Shown here piece after piece: positions 1 to 14,162 of a stretch of DNA of 64,000 nt. Made by a program: the position numbers and the translations under genes. Source of the DNA: the human T2T-CHM13v2.0 reference genome, Homo sapiens; assembly GCF_009914755.1 (NCBI RefSeq), contig NC_060947.1, one strand, 5' to 3'. Within the stretch, counting starts at the first letter, position 1, and each line of letters begins with the position of its first letter. The notes under the pieces were generated by a model. That model was given only the letters and a program-made list of their open reading frames with translations, searched no databases and was not told the origin of the DNA.

Positions 1-476
1 GCTGTTATAATTATGACACATAGTCCAAAGAATGCAGTAACCTTTTTATCATGTTAACTAATTGTTCTCTTTTGAAGATCTATGGTTGACTAATTAAACA
101 ATAATTCAAGTAGAGTGTCCCAGAAAAAAACCACTTGGGCTCCCTGTTTGGAGTCTGGCTGGCTCTGAGCATTGCCAATGGCCCCTACTCACCTGACTTT
201 GTATCCTCTTCTTTTAGAGGCTTTGCATTCTGCACCCAGCTTCACTAACAGTGGGCTGAAACCAACCTTGGGTTGAGTGTTTCATTTGGGAGTTATTTGG
301 CCAGGGCCTTTTGAACAATAGTGTCCCCATGAAGTGCTAGATAATATATGTGTAAGAATCAGCTTTTTTTTTTTTAACTATAATATCCTTCAGAAATTTC
401 TAACTACTTTGTAACTGCATGGCTTAACCTGGTGATAAAAGCAGTTATTAAAAGTCTACATTTTTTTTTAAAAAAA
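1..476 (+). pseudogene. 3' end of a processed pseudogene (distal 3'UTR, resembles ST13/Hip mRNA from memory)
   Basis: Non-repeat UTR-like sequence with ATTAAA at 447-452 and a genomic A-tract at 470-476. ST13 similarity is recalled, not searched. Confidence 0.55.
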
Positions 477-1109
477 GAATAGAACAAATAATGGGAGCAT
501 TGGGTTGACCTTTGCAAATTATCTAGTTTTATTTACCTATTTTACACAGGAGAAGACTGAGAGAAGGGAGGAGTAGCTTGCTGTAGTTCAGACAGCAACT
601 TATTTCAAAGCTGGTGCTAAAACCTAGAGTGAACTGGTACTTCTCCATTTCTGAAGGAAATGCAGAAGAAACAGAAGCAGAAAGACAACATTTTGGCCTG
701 GACATATTTAACTTAAAGATGACTCCATTTTTGAACTTTATTTCTTGGAATAGAGTATCTTCTAAATTTAAACTGATCCAACTTTCACAAAATTGGGCAG
801 TTAGAAGTCACAGAGGGAATTAGCAGCTGTTGTTATAAGAAAAAGCAAAGGGATTGTTGCCAGACTTCATAAATCTTGGCATATTTGAGAAAAATGTCCC
901 AATTTGTTACATATGCTCATTCATGTGTGTAAACCTTTGGTTATAGTGCTTTGTCAATATAAATATGTTTTACATTATAAATTGGTCTGAGTGCTGGATT
1001 TCATGTTTATTATCCCTTAGAACCCCACTTTCTTTTGCTCTTCTTCTCGGGCTTTCTTTGCTTTATTTCTCCCACTCTTTTCTTCTTTTTTTTAGTGTAC
1101 AAGCAGTGA

Positions 1110-1543
<434 letters not shown>

Positions 1544-1733
1544 GGCCAGAGTTTTAAGAGCAAATCATATAAACTATTCTTCAGTGTAATAGAAAAGTAA
1601 ATGGTATTTTTTTTTTTTTTTAAAAAGGGAAACCAGGAAAAAGCAGTTTGAAGCCCAAAGTGAGGAAGTAACACAGCAATTCTCAAAGCTGGCTAGGTAG
1701 GGACTTTTTTCATATAGAAATAATCAGTAAACA

Positions 1734-1983
1734 GGCTGGGCGCGGTGGCTCATGCCTGTAATCCCAGCACTTTGGGAGGCTGAGGTGGGTGGATCCCTAG
1801 GTCAGGAGTTCAAGATCAATCTGGTCAAGATGGTGAAACCCCGTCTGTACTAAAAATACAAAAAAAAAACAAAAAAAAACTAGCTGGGCATGGTGGTGGG
1901 CGCCTGTAATCCCAGCTACTCAGGAGGCTGAGGCAGAGAATTGCTTAAACCCAGGAGGCGGAACTCCATCTCAAAAAAAAAAA
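1734..1983 (+). mobile_element. AluS (Sg4-like) with right-arm deletion
   Basis: GGCTGGGCGCGG start, A tail, TSD aatcagtaaaca at 1722-1733 and 1984-1995. Confidence 0.95.
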
Positions 1984-2689
1984 AATCAGTAAACAGAAGT
2001 ATATGTCCTGAAAAAGTAGTGTACAAGCATAAAGACATCATTAGTTAAACACTGGTTTATTCACTCAGGTTTTAGCACAATCAACTTCTCTGAGAAATTG
2101 GGAGATTTCAATGAGAGATTTCAGTAAGGACCGTGTTTGCTCTGTAAATGGACTCATCTCCGAGTTGCTTGCTCTGTGTCACAGTCATACCCCATAAAGA
2201 GTGAGTCAACAGGCATGCTGAAGCAGCAACAGACCAATGAGAAAAGGGAAGAAATCTGGGATTTAAGGGGCATGGAAAGATCCTGAAATATTTTTTCTAT
2301 TGGTCTTTCCTAGCATAAGAAACATCAATTGTTAATCATTCCTTTGGTCTAGGCAGTACTTTTAAAACTTATTTTTAACCAGATAAATGGTTTGATTTGT
2401 CAAATGAAATCTTGTATGGAAACCCAATGTAGAAAACAGATGAAAACAGAGCTTCTCTGGCTGAAGCATCTCCACAAATCACAATTTGGAAAACATTCAG
2501 CTAAGGCATTGATGACTCCTTTGAAATGCATACTACCTGGGAAGTAGAACATACTAAGAACACTTTTGGGAAAATTAAGTAAGTCACATGTTAAAATACT
2601 GTATTAGCTTCTGGGAACTGTACTTTAAGCAGGACATAGAAAACCTGAGACTCATCCAGAGTAGGATTTCCAGGTTTCAGTGTTTCGTA

Positions 2690-2890
2690 GAGCAAGTGAA
2701 ATTTGAAGTCAGAAGACTTTAATTCAAGTTTTGCCCCTGCTGTTTAGCACTTATGTGACCTTAGACAATTAGTCTCTGTGAGACGCAGCTTCCTTATCTG
2801 TACAATGGGGGTAATAATATCAATATCTAACAGGATTTTGAGGATTGAAAATAAATAATTAACTTTATCAAATGTAAAGTGCTGTATAAT
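2690..2890 (+). mobile_element. MIR SINE
   Basis: Core motifs tgtgaccttagacaa...ttccttatctgtacaatgggggtaataata. Confidence 0.8.
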
Positions 2891-3329
2891 TTTTAATTTA
2901 CTGATGAGTCTGGAAAACATGTGAGATGAGCCAAAAAGTGAAGGAACCAGATATATTTTAAGGAATAAAGATTTCTGGACACATGTGATAATTATCTTTG
3001 AAAATTTTAAGGTCTGATATGTGGAAAAATTAAGTTTGCTTTGTTTGTTCCTGATGGCACTGTGACCAATGTGTGGATGTGTCATGAGGGAGCATATTGG
3101 CTCAACATAAGAAAGGATTTTATAATTTCAAATAAAAGGGAGCACCACGAGTTATAGAAAACCTTGTCGTTGTAATTTTAGAGAGATTGCTGGGAGTCTA
3201 CCTATTTGGGTTGCAGAATAAAGCATTTCTGCATTGAACAAGATGTAGTGACTTCAAAAGCCTGAGATTATTAATCCTCTTTTCCTTCTCCTTTTATTAT
3301 ATATCTTACAATTTTTTGACTGCTCAGTA

Positions 3330-3800
3330 TCTATCCCTTCTTCTTCTGATAACAGCAGAACAGCCCCCGGGGAGAATTTGTGAACCAGTTACAATCAGTC
3401 ATAGCATCACATTCTCATGGCCTCAGTGACTAATTGGTTTAGTGATAGATATATGACCCAAGCCAGGCCAAAATAGCTAGAATCTCAATTTTTGGACTTT
3501 TCTTGATCTACTGGGCATAAAAGTGTGCTGTTTCTGGTAGGAATGCTGATGACAGGTAGTAACTTGCAGCTGCTTGTAGCCATCTTGGCAATCCCAGGGG
3601 AGATCTGCCTGAGAATAGAGACAATGTGAAGCTAAGCAATGATCAGAGATACAGACTGAGATCAAGCCCTCATGACATAATTTGAACCCATAGCTCTAAT
3701 CATTCCTAAAATAAAATTTAGACTTCACCTTTTACGTGAACCAATAAAGTTGCATTTTGAGGAAGTTTTTTGTCACTTGCAACTTAAGGAATCTCAATGG
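3330..3800 (+). mobile_element. Old MLT1 (J/K/L-like) MaLR LTR
   Basis: tgacccaagccaggccaa, agccatcttg, gaaccaataaa, ttttgtcacttgcaac motifs. Confidence 0.65.
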
Positions 3801-5359
3801 CCACATTAGCCCTCACCTCCAACTTTGTGTCTGACACAGTCGTCTCTGCAAAGCAACAGGAGGAAAGAAGGCTGTGGTCACATGTGTAAAGACAGTCCTA
3901 GGTTTGGAGAGGATGTGAAGGGCAGAGAATTCTTGTCCCCCACGTAACAGGAAGATGAAAAGTCCCCAAGGCTATTCTCATATATTCTGTCTAGGGGAGA
4001 CAGTACATTTTTTGAGTTGCCCACTTTCTGCTTGCAGAGCTTTTGGCGGGACAGGGAGCCCTGCTCAAATTGTTAATTAGCAAATTAAAGAAAGGCTGCA
4101 GTTGCAAAACTTGTACTAGTTCTTTGTGTTGCTCATTGTATAAAGAAAGTAATTTTGTTTATATAAATACCTTGATGGGTCTTTTTTGTTGTTGCTCATG
4201 AAAAGGGTTAGGTTCTCAGGACAAGATCTGGAATGAGAGATTTGACAGAAAAGGGCAAAACCACCCTTTTATATATAACAACTTTGTGCCAGAGGTACTC
4301 TGTGCAAGAAAGAAGAGAGTCTGTGTATCCCAGTAGTGTTACACTGTGCTCAGAGACCAACTGAAGCCCCAGCCCTAAGGCATAGGGATATGAGATGCTA
4401 GGAGGAGGAATAATAATAGTTGAGTAGAGTAATGCGAATCTGCACACAAATCTTCACCCTAGGATAGCCTGGAAATACTGAAGAGTGTTTACCATCCCAG
4501 AGGATTTGTATTTAAGGCAAAAGGTGACACCAGAAGGCTCAAAAGCTTTGATACAGACATTTGTGTAGCACTTATTTTTGTCTATCTTGTCCCAAGCCCT
4601 TTCATGACTCTGTCCTATCTATGTAATTCTATCCCAGCTATTAAAAAAAAATAGCTACTAGTGATGACCCTTTCTCTGAAATTAGTCCAGACTACTTCTT
4701 GCTTTTTCACCTTAAACTTACTCTTAACTTTCCTGGTTTTCTACCCCCTTGGTAGCTCAGTGTCTTGTTCCTGACATTTACTTATTTTGGATAAGTTATT
4801 TCATGGTTACCTTAGCTCCATTTTTTTGGAAAAGATATGTTCTATTCACTTCTGGTTTCATAACTGTATAGGAAGAAATATGTATTTTTTTTCTGTCCTG
4901 GCCTTGTGATAACACCAGACAAGGCTTGTTCCCCTACCTCAGTATTCCTTTTAAGAAACGAAGACTGGAAAACATTTTTTTTCTCCAGACAGTTCATTTG
5001 TTCCATATGTTCCAAGAAAAGAATAAATATTTCTTTGTGAGACCTTAAGCCTTAGGGTAGGACCTGCGCCTTGATTTCTGTTTTTCTGCAGTTGCTACAC
5101 TGACTATGCTTTTCCCAGACTTGAGAAATACTTTAGATGATAGTAAGGCTGTATATGGTAACTAGTGGTGAATACATAGTGGATGTCTAAGATATATAAT
5201 TGATGTTGATGAATGATTGCAGGTACTCTGCTGAAGGTTATAGATTTATGTTGTTAATTATGTAAAATGTATGTCACAGAATATTGTTTTCTGCCTTTAA
5301 TATATACAGTGAAGAAATGAAATGTTTTAGATGTGAATTCTCAATATCATTCTTTTGTT

Positions 5360-5800
5360 GTCTAGATCCCTTTGGGACCCTGTTTTGTTCCCTGGGAGGC
5401 TGAGCTTTATTGGCTACATCAATGGACTCTCTTTTCTTCAGACTTTTGATTGGTTTAGTCAATGGTAGGTACTGACAGGAAGTTGGGAGAAAAGAGAGAT
5501 TGAGGCATTTATGCTAGACTCCCTTTCTGATGTGGTTTGGAATTGCCTTTGTTCCTCCACTGAAGGCCTCAGCTCCTCTTTGGTAGCTCTCCTCTAATGT
5601 TCTCTACAGGTTCTGGTTATTCCTCTCTCCCTTGTCCCTTCAGGTAAGGGAGGTGGTAAAGGCTCCCGGTCTCCATGTTTCACCTTCCCTTATTGGCTTT
5701 CCTTACTTTTCCCTAAAGCATTATACAGAGTCCCTTTTTAATATTAAATTTTCCTTTTGAATGTGCCATCTGTTTCCCGGGGTGGGATTCTGACTAATTC
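5360..5800 (+). mobile_element. LTR16-like ERVL LTR
   Basis: ccttgtcccttcagg and tgtgccatctgtttcc...ctgactaat end motifs. Confidence 0.6.
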
Positions 5801-5989
5801 ATTATGAAAAAAAAGGTACTCCATTATTGGAATGTGTTTGAATATTTGGAAAATAATTCCTAAAAAAGGTATTAGTATGTTGTTTCTTCAGGAACATTTG
5901 TTAAGTGAATGAAACTTCCACATTGGTATTCAACTATCCATTTACTTTATTTATTTATTTTGGTTTAAATTTATATATATGTATATATA

Positions 5990-6105
5990 TATCAATTTAT
6001 ATATATTTTATTAGGTGGCATAAGTACAGGTTTCTTACATGCATATATTGTGTGAAGTCATGGCTTTTACTGTACGCATCACCTGAATAGTGATCATTAC
6101 ATTTA
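5990..6105 (-). mobile_element. L1PB/L1MA 3' tip, separated from its body at 7680
   Basis: gtacaggtttcttacatg...catcacctgaatagtg is L1 3'-terminal sequence; an AT microsatellite-like tail lies at about 5945-6010. Confidence 0.65.
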
Positions 6106-6769
6106 ACTCTGGGCTTTCCTAAACTCACTGTCTGTGGGCTCCTAAGAACTGTGGAGTCTGCTTGGGTAGTATATACAACTGAGATTCACTGCTGTAGAGC
6201 TTAGGTGAGTTAATGGCCAGCGAACTCAGTGGTTTGCTCACCTCGGGTCTAACAAAGCCATGACTAATGTTTTTATCTTTTTGGGGACCAGTTAGGTAAT
6301 TTTGTCTTCAAAAGTCCCACAGATAGTACTTGCAACCTTGGTCATGAATGAATATTCTTGAGGGCCAGTCATGACAACATGACTGGCTCAGATCAAGCAA
6401 TAAAATGCCTCAGTCTACCAATCTTGGGTCAGTAGTGTCCTTTTTGACTAGGAAGAGCAGTGATATTGTTTACAAAAGAACAAAGGAGCAACTCAAATAA
6501 CATAACCAGACTTTGGGAATTATTCCCAAAGAATATTTATATTCTCTTTTGGGAGGTACAACTTGATGCCACTTTACCTTTCTATCTTGGCTATCAAGAT
6601 GCATATTGCTGAATTTAAAACTTGATTACAGTAATAATCTCATCTTTAGTTTCCGGCACAACTACAGCTGTCTTTCTCATTAATGATATCTAATTCTCTT
6701 TGGTCTTTGTTGAACTATTTTGTGGATATTTATATTTTACTGAAGGTACTTTAAATTCTCACAATATAT

Positions 6770-7010
6770 GGTTGTTTAAATGTGTGTGGCACCTCCACCT
6801 CTTCTCTCTCTTGCTCCTGCTTTTGCCATATGATGCACCTGCTCCCCTTTTACCTTCTGCCATTATTGAAAGCTTCCTGAGGCTTCCCCAGAAGCAGATG
6901 CCACTGTTTCCTGTAAAGTCTGCAGAACTGTGAGCCAACTAAATATTTTTTATTTATATATTACCCAGTCTCAGATATTTCTTTATAGCAATGCAAGAAT
7001 GGCCTAATAC
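6770..7010 (+). mobile_element. MST (MaLR) LTR, 3' half
   Basis: aagcttcctgaggc...agaactgtgagccaa...gcctaataca terminus. Confidence 0.85.
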
Positions 7011-7679
7011 AGAAGATTTACCTAATAAGCTTAAAATTATAACAAAGGAAATAAAATCAATCAAACCCTGATGCCTAAGGTGTCAGGGTAGCCCAATATA
7101 TCCAACACATTGGGATGCTCTCCATAATAGGTCAAAGTATTAGAAATGCATTGGCTCAGCTCTCTCTTGAGCATGATTGGGTGGATACAGCTAACATATG
7201 TCTTCTTTAATCTCTTTTTTCTTTGCTTATTCAATTGGCTGCACCTTTTTCTTATTGATATGGTCTTTATCTACATATAATAATACAGTACAACAGTAAT
7301 TATGGTCTTAGAACCATCTCATTTCAGGTGAATTTATAGATCTACTTGACCTACATGTTGATTTCAGAGGTCAATTTGTCCCCCTCATTTCTCCATGTTC
7401 TTGGGGGCACCCAATAAAAGCTCCCCAAAGTACTTACAAGAGTCTTACTATGAGAGAAACCACAATTGGTAAGGCCCTAAAAAACCTGAAAATTTTAAGT
7501 AATGGTAGAAATAAGCATACTTCAGGAAACACATAGTTGTTTATCCATTCCCATTGACTTTAAACACTTCCTATGACCAAAAGAATTTAAAGTACCTTCA
7601 GTAAAATATAAATATCCACAAAATAGTTCAACAAAGACCAAAGAGAATTAGATATCATTAATGAGAAAGACAGCTGTAG

Positions 7680-10600
7680 TTGTGCCTTTGCATACCCATA
7701 GCTTAGCTCCTACTTATAAGTGAGGACATGTGGTATTTGGTTTTCCATTCCCGAGTTGTGTCACTTAGTATAATGGCCTCCAGTTTCATCCCAGTTGCTG
7801 CACAAGATATTATTTCATTCTTTATCATGACTGGGTAGTATTCCATAGTGTAGATATGCCACATTTTCATTATCCACTCATCTGTTGATTGGCAATTAGG
7901 TTGATTCCATGTCTTTATAATTGTGAATTGTGCTATGATAAACATGAGTGCAGGTATCTTTTTAATATAATGACTTCTTTTCCTTTGGGTGGATACCTAG
8001 TAGTGGGATTCCTAGATCAAATGGTAGACTTACTTTAGTTCTTTGAGAAATCTCCATACTGTTTTCCATAGAGGTTGTACTGATTTACATTCTCACCAAC
8101 AGTGTACAAGCATTCCCTTTTTACTGCATATACACCAATATCTACTGTTTATTATGTTTTAAAAATGGCCATTCTGATTGGGGTAAGGTGGTATCTCATT
8201 TTGTGTTTTAATTTGCATTCCCTTGATGATTAATAATGTTGAGCATTTTTTATATGTTTGTTGGCCATTTGTATATTTTCTTTTGCGAAGTGTTTATTTA
8301 TGTTGTTTCCCTACTTTTTAATGGGATTATTTGTCTTTTTCTTTCTGATTTGATTTCCTTGCATATTCTGGATGTTAGCCTTTTGTTGGATGTATAGCTT
8401 GCAAATATTTTTTCCTATTCTGCAGGTTTTCTGTTTACTCTGTTATTTCTTTAGCTGTGCAGAAGCTTCTTTAGTTTAATGAAGTCCCATTTATTTATTT
8501 TTGTTTTTGCTGCATTTGCTTTTGAGGCCTTACTGATAAATTACTTTTCTAGGCCAATGTCCAGAAAAGCTTTCCCTAGGTTTTCTTCTAGAATTTTTAT
8601 AGTTTCAGGTCTTATATGTAAGTATTTAATCCATCCTGAGTTAATTTTTGTATATGGTAAGAGTTAAGGGTCCAGTTTCATTCTTCTGCATGTGGCTGTC
8701 CAATATTCTCAGCATCATTTATTGAAAAGAGTGTGCTTTCCCCAGTGCATGCTTTTGTCTGCTTTGTCAAAGATCAGCTGTTTTGTAAGTATTTGGCTTT
8801 ATTTCTGGGTTCTCTATTCTGTTATATTGGTCTATGTATCTACTTTTATACCAGTACCATGCTGTTTTGGCTACTATAGCCTTGTAGTATAATTTGAAGT
8901 TAGGTAATGTGATGTCTCTGGCTTGGTTCTTTTTGCTTAGGATTGCTTTGGCTATTTAGGCTCTTTTTTGGTTCCATATGAATTTTAAGATTTTTTTCTA
9001 ATTCTGTGCATGATGATATTGGTGATTTGATAGGAATTGCATTGAATATGTAGATTGCTTTGGGCAGTATGGTCATTTTCACAGTATTGATTTTTCCAAT
9101 CCATGAGCATGGAATGTTTTTCCATTTGTTTGTGTCACCTATGATTTCTTTCATCAGTGTCTTGTAGTTCTCCTTGTAGAGATTTTTCAGCTCCTTGGTT
9201 AAGTATATTCCTAGGGGTTTTTTTGCAGCTATTGTAAATGGAATTGATTTGATCTGATTTTCACCTTGGTCATTATTTGTGTATAGCAGAGCTACTGATT
9301 TGTGTATGTTAATTTTGTAATCTGAGACTTTAGTGAATTCATTTATCAAATCTAGGAGGCTTTTCGAGGGGTGTTCAGGGTTTTTAAGATAGAAGATGAT
9401 ATCAGCAAACAGATACTTTGACATTATTTTTTCCAATTTGGATGCCCTTCATTTCTTTCTTTTGCCTGACTGTTCTGGCTAGGACTTCCAGTACTACATT
9501 GAATAAAAGTAGTGAAAGTGGGCATCCTTGTCTTGTTCCAGTTCTCAGGGGCAGTGTTTTCAACTTTTCCCCATTCAGTGTGATGTTTACTGTGGGCTTG
9601 ACATATATGGCTTTTATTATTTTTAGGTATGTTCCTTTGATGCCTAGTTTGTTAAGGATATTTATCATGAAAGGATGCTGAATGTGATAAGGTGCTTTTT
9701 CTGCATCTATTGAAATGATCATATTTTTTAAAAAATTACTTATGTGGTTAATCACATTTATTGATTTCTCTACGTTGAACCATCCTTGGATCCCTGGGAT
9801 AAAACCCCCTTGATCTTGGTGAATTATTGATGTACTGTTAGATTTGGTTGGCTAGATTTTTGTGTTCATGAGGGATATTGGTCTGTAGTTATTTTTGCTA
9901 TTGTTATGTCCTTCTCTGGCTTTGGTATCAGGGTGATATTAGCTTCACAGAATGAGTTAGGGAGGATTCCCTACTTCTCAAGCTCTAGTAATAGTTTCAG
10001 TAGAATTGCTACCAGTTCTTCAAATGTTTAGTAGAAGTTGGCTGTGAATCTGTCTGGTCCTGGGCGTATTTTTTTGTTTGGATATTTTTATCACTGATTC
10101 AATCTCACTACTTATAATTAGTCTGTTCAGAGTTTCTATTTCTTCCTGATTCAAGCTTGGAGTGTTGTATGTTTCCAAGAGTTTATCCATTTCCTCTAGA
10201 TTTTCTGGTTTGTGCACATAGAGGTGTTCATAGTAGTCTCAGATGATCTTTTGTATTTCCATGGTATCAGTAGTAATGTTTCCCTTTTCATTTATGATTG
10301 AGCTTATTTGAATCTTCTCTCTTTTCTTGGTTAATTTAGCTAACTATCAATTTTGTTTATCTTTTCGAAAACAAATTTTTCTTTTTATTGATCATTTGTA
10401 TTTGGCAGGGGTTCAATTTCATTTAGATCCGCTCTGATCTTTATTTGTTTTCTGCTGCCGCCTTTGGGTTTGGTTTGTTCTTGGTTTTCCAGTTGCCTAA
10501 GGTATTATGTTAGGTTGTTGGTTTGTGATTTTTCTTTCTGATGTAGACATTTGGCAATATAAACTATTGTCTTAGCACTGCTTTTCCTGTATCCCAGAGA

Positions 10601-11903
10601 TTTTAATAACTTGGGTTACTGTTATCATTTGTTTGAAAAATTTTTAAATTTTCTTCTTGATTCTATCATTTATCCAAAGATTATTTGGGATCAGATTAAT
10701 TTCCATGTATTTTTATAGGTTTGAGAGTTTCCCTTGCCGTTGATTTCTAGTTTTATTGTCCTGTGGTCTGAGAAGGTACTTGTATGATTTGGAATTTTTT
10801 GTATTTATTTAGGCTTATTTTGTGGCCTCTCATATGGTCTATCTTGGAAAGATTCCATGTGCTGATGAGAAGAATGTATATTTTGAATTTTTTTGTAGAA
10901 TATTCTGTAAATATCTGTTAGAGTCCAGTTTCAGTCCAGTGTTTATTTGTTGACTTTCTGCCTCCATGATCTGTCTAGTGCTGTCAGTGGAGTGTTGAGG
11001 TCCCAAACTATTATTGTATTGCTGTCAATCTCTTTTCTTGGGTCTAGTAGTAGATCTTTTATTAATCTGGAAGCTCTTGTGTTGGGTGCACATATATTAA
11101 GGATTGTTATATCTTCAATTATATATATATAATTGAACCCTTTATTATTATATGATGACATTCTTTTTCTTTTTTTTTACTGTTATTGATTTAAAATCTA
11201 TTTTATCTGATAGAAGAAAAGCTACTTCTGCTCATTTTTGGTTTCCATTTGTGTGAAATATTTTTCCCATCTTTTTGCCATGAGTCTATAAGGATCTTTA
11301 TGAGTTAAGTGGGTCTCTTGAAGGTAGCAGATATTTGGACTGTGTTTCTGTAAGACATTCTGCCAATATACATCCTTTCAGTGGGACACTTAGACCATTT
11401 ACATTCAAAGTTAATATTGGTATTTGAAATACTATTCCCATCACCAAGCTGATTGTTACCTAGTTGTTTGTTTTTCCATTCTGTTACTGTTCTACAAGTC
11501 TTGTGAGTTATACTTTCAAGTGTTTTTATATTGATGCATATAGACCTTTCATTTTGATATTTGAAATTCCTTTGAGTATTTCTTGTAATGCTGTTCTAGT
11601 GGCAGCAAATTTCCTAAATGTTTGATTGCCTGAGAAAAAGTTTATTTCTTCTTCATTTATGAAACTTAGTTTAGCAGAATACAAAATTCTTGGCTGGCAG
11701 TTATTCTCCTCTAGGAGACTTAGGACCCTAATCCCTTATGACTTGTAAAGTTTCTGCTGAGAAGTATGCTCTTAATCTGATAGGTTTTCCTTTATATGTT
11801 ATTTGATACTTTTGTCTCACTGGTCTTAGAATTCTTTCCTTCATATTGATTTTAGATATCCTGATTACTATATACCTTAGCGATATCCTTTTTGCAATTA
11901 ATC
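7680..11903 (-). mobile_element. L1PB-type LINE-1, 5'-truncated (3'UTR, disrupted ORF2, end of ORF1)
   Basis: Minus-strand ORF fragments match L1 ORF2 RT/EN ([36 protein letters not shown]). Confidence 0.92.
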
Positions 11904-12115
11904 TGTTGGTATACAGAAATGCTACTGATTTTTGTGTGTTGATATTGTATTTGCAATATTACTGAATTTATGAGTTCTAACGGTTTTTTGTTGGAGTCTA
12001 GGTTTTTCCAATTATAAGATTGATACGATCTTATAATAAGGATAATTTGACTTCTTTCTTTCTAATTTGGATGCCCTTTATATTTTTCTCTTGTCTGATT
12101 GCTTTAGCTAGGGCT

Positions 12116-12166
12116 AAAATATTCAAAGATAAGAGTTTCATGTAATAGAAGTCTTAATCTGTGAAC
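12116..12166 (+). repeat. 51-bp exact copy of 28703-28753
   Basis: aaaatattcaaagataagagtttcatgtaatagaagtcttaatctgtgaac is present at both sites. Confidence 0.95.
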
Positions 12167-12731
12167 CTGAGACAAGTCAGGATGTCAGGATGATGTTGGC
12201 CTCATAGCATGAGTTAGGGAGAGCCTTCCTCCTCAAGTTGTTTTGAATGGTTTCTGTTGAAATTGTATCAGTTCTTCTTTATACATCTGGTAGAGGTTGG
12301 CTGTGAATCTATCTGGTTCTGGGCTTTTTTTTTTTGCTTAGTAGGCTTTTTATTACTGATTCAGTGTCAGAACTCATTATTAGTTTCTTCAGGGATTCTG
12401 TGTTTTCCTGGTTCAATCTTTGGACATTGTATGTGTCTAGAAATTCACCGATTTTTTTCCTAGATTTTCTAATTTATGTGCATAGAGCTGTTCGTAACAG
12501 TCTCGAAGGGTTTCTTTTATTTCTTTGGGGTTGGTGGTAATGTCCTCTTTCTCATATCTGAATGTGTTTATTTCAATATTTTCTCATTTTTCTTTATTAT
12601 TCTAGTTAGCAGTCTACCAATCTTATCCTTTTGAATAAAAAACTCCTGGTTTCCTTTATCTCTTGAATTTTTTTTTACATGTCAATTTCATTCAGTTCAT
12701 CTCTGATTTTGGCTATATCTTGTACTGCTAG

Positions 12732-13112
<381 letters not shown>

Positions 13113-13872
13113 TGAGATCTTTCTAACTTAAATTTTTTTTATTTCAATAGGTTTTTGGGGAACAAGTGTTTGGTTACATGAATAAGTTCTTTAGTGGTGA
13201 TTTCTGACATTTTGGTGCACCCATCACCCAAGCAGCGTACACTGTACCCAACATGTAGTCTTTTATCCCTCACCCTCCCATCCTTTCCACCGAGTCCCAA
13301 AAGTCTGTTGTATCATTTTTATGCCTTTACGTCCTCATAACTTAGCTCCCAATTATGAGTGAGAACATAAAATGTATGGTTTTCCATTCCTGAGTTACTT
13401 CACTTAGAATAATAATCTCCAATTCCATCCAGGTTTCTGTGAAAGCCATTATTTTGTTCCTTTTAATGGCTGAGTAATATTCCATGGTGTATATACATAC
13501 CACATTTTTTGTATCCACTAGTTGATTGATGGCCATTTGGGCGGGTTCCATATTTTTGTATTTGCAAATTGTGCTGCTATAAACATGTGTGTGCAAGAAT
13601 CTTTTTTGCATAATTACTTCTTTTCCTCTGGGTAGCTACCTAGTAGTGAGATTGTTGGATCAAATGGTAGATCTACTTTTAGTTCTTTAAGCAATCCCCA
13701 CACTGTTTTCTATAGTGGTTGTACTATGTCATTTTCACAATATTGATTCTACCCATCCATGAGCATGGGATGTATTTCCTTTTGTTTGTGTCATCTATGA
13801 TTTTTTTCAAACTATACTATAAGGCCATAGTCTCCAAAACAGCATGGTACTGGTATAAAAATAGGCACATAG

Positions 13873-14162
13873 GGCCAGGCACAGTGGCTCACGCCTGTAA
13901 TCCCAGCACTTTGGGAGGCTGAGGCGGGCGGATCATGAAGTCAGGAGATCGAGACCATCCTGGCCAACACGGTGAAACCCTGTTTCTACTAAAACATTCA
14001 AAAAGTTAGCTGGGCATGGTGGTGGGCACCTGTAGTCCCAGCTACTCGGGAGGCTGAGGCGGGAGAATGGCGTGAACCCAGGAGGCAGAGCTTGCAGTGA
14101 GCCACTGCACTCCAGCCTGGGCGACAGAGCGAGACTCCATCTCAAAAAAAAAAAAAAAAAAA
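13873..14162 (+). mobile_element. AluY-like
   Basis: TSD aggcacatag at 13863-13872 and 14163-14172; small deletion at agtgagccactgc. Confidence 0.95.

Noticed and set aside
8900-9755. Reverse-transcriptase-like ORFs as part of an active or novel RT system
   Set aside because: Frameshifted fragments of ordinary L1 ORF2 in a truncated element.
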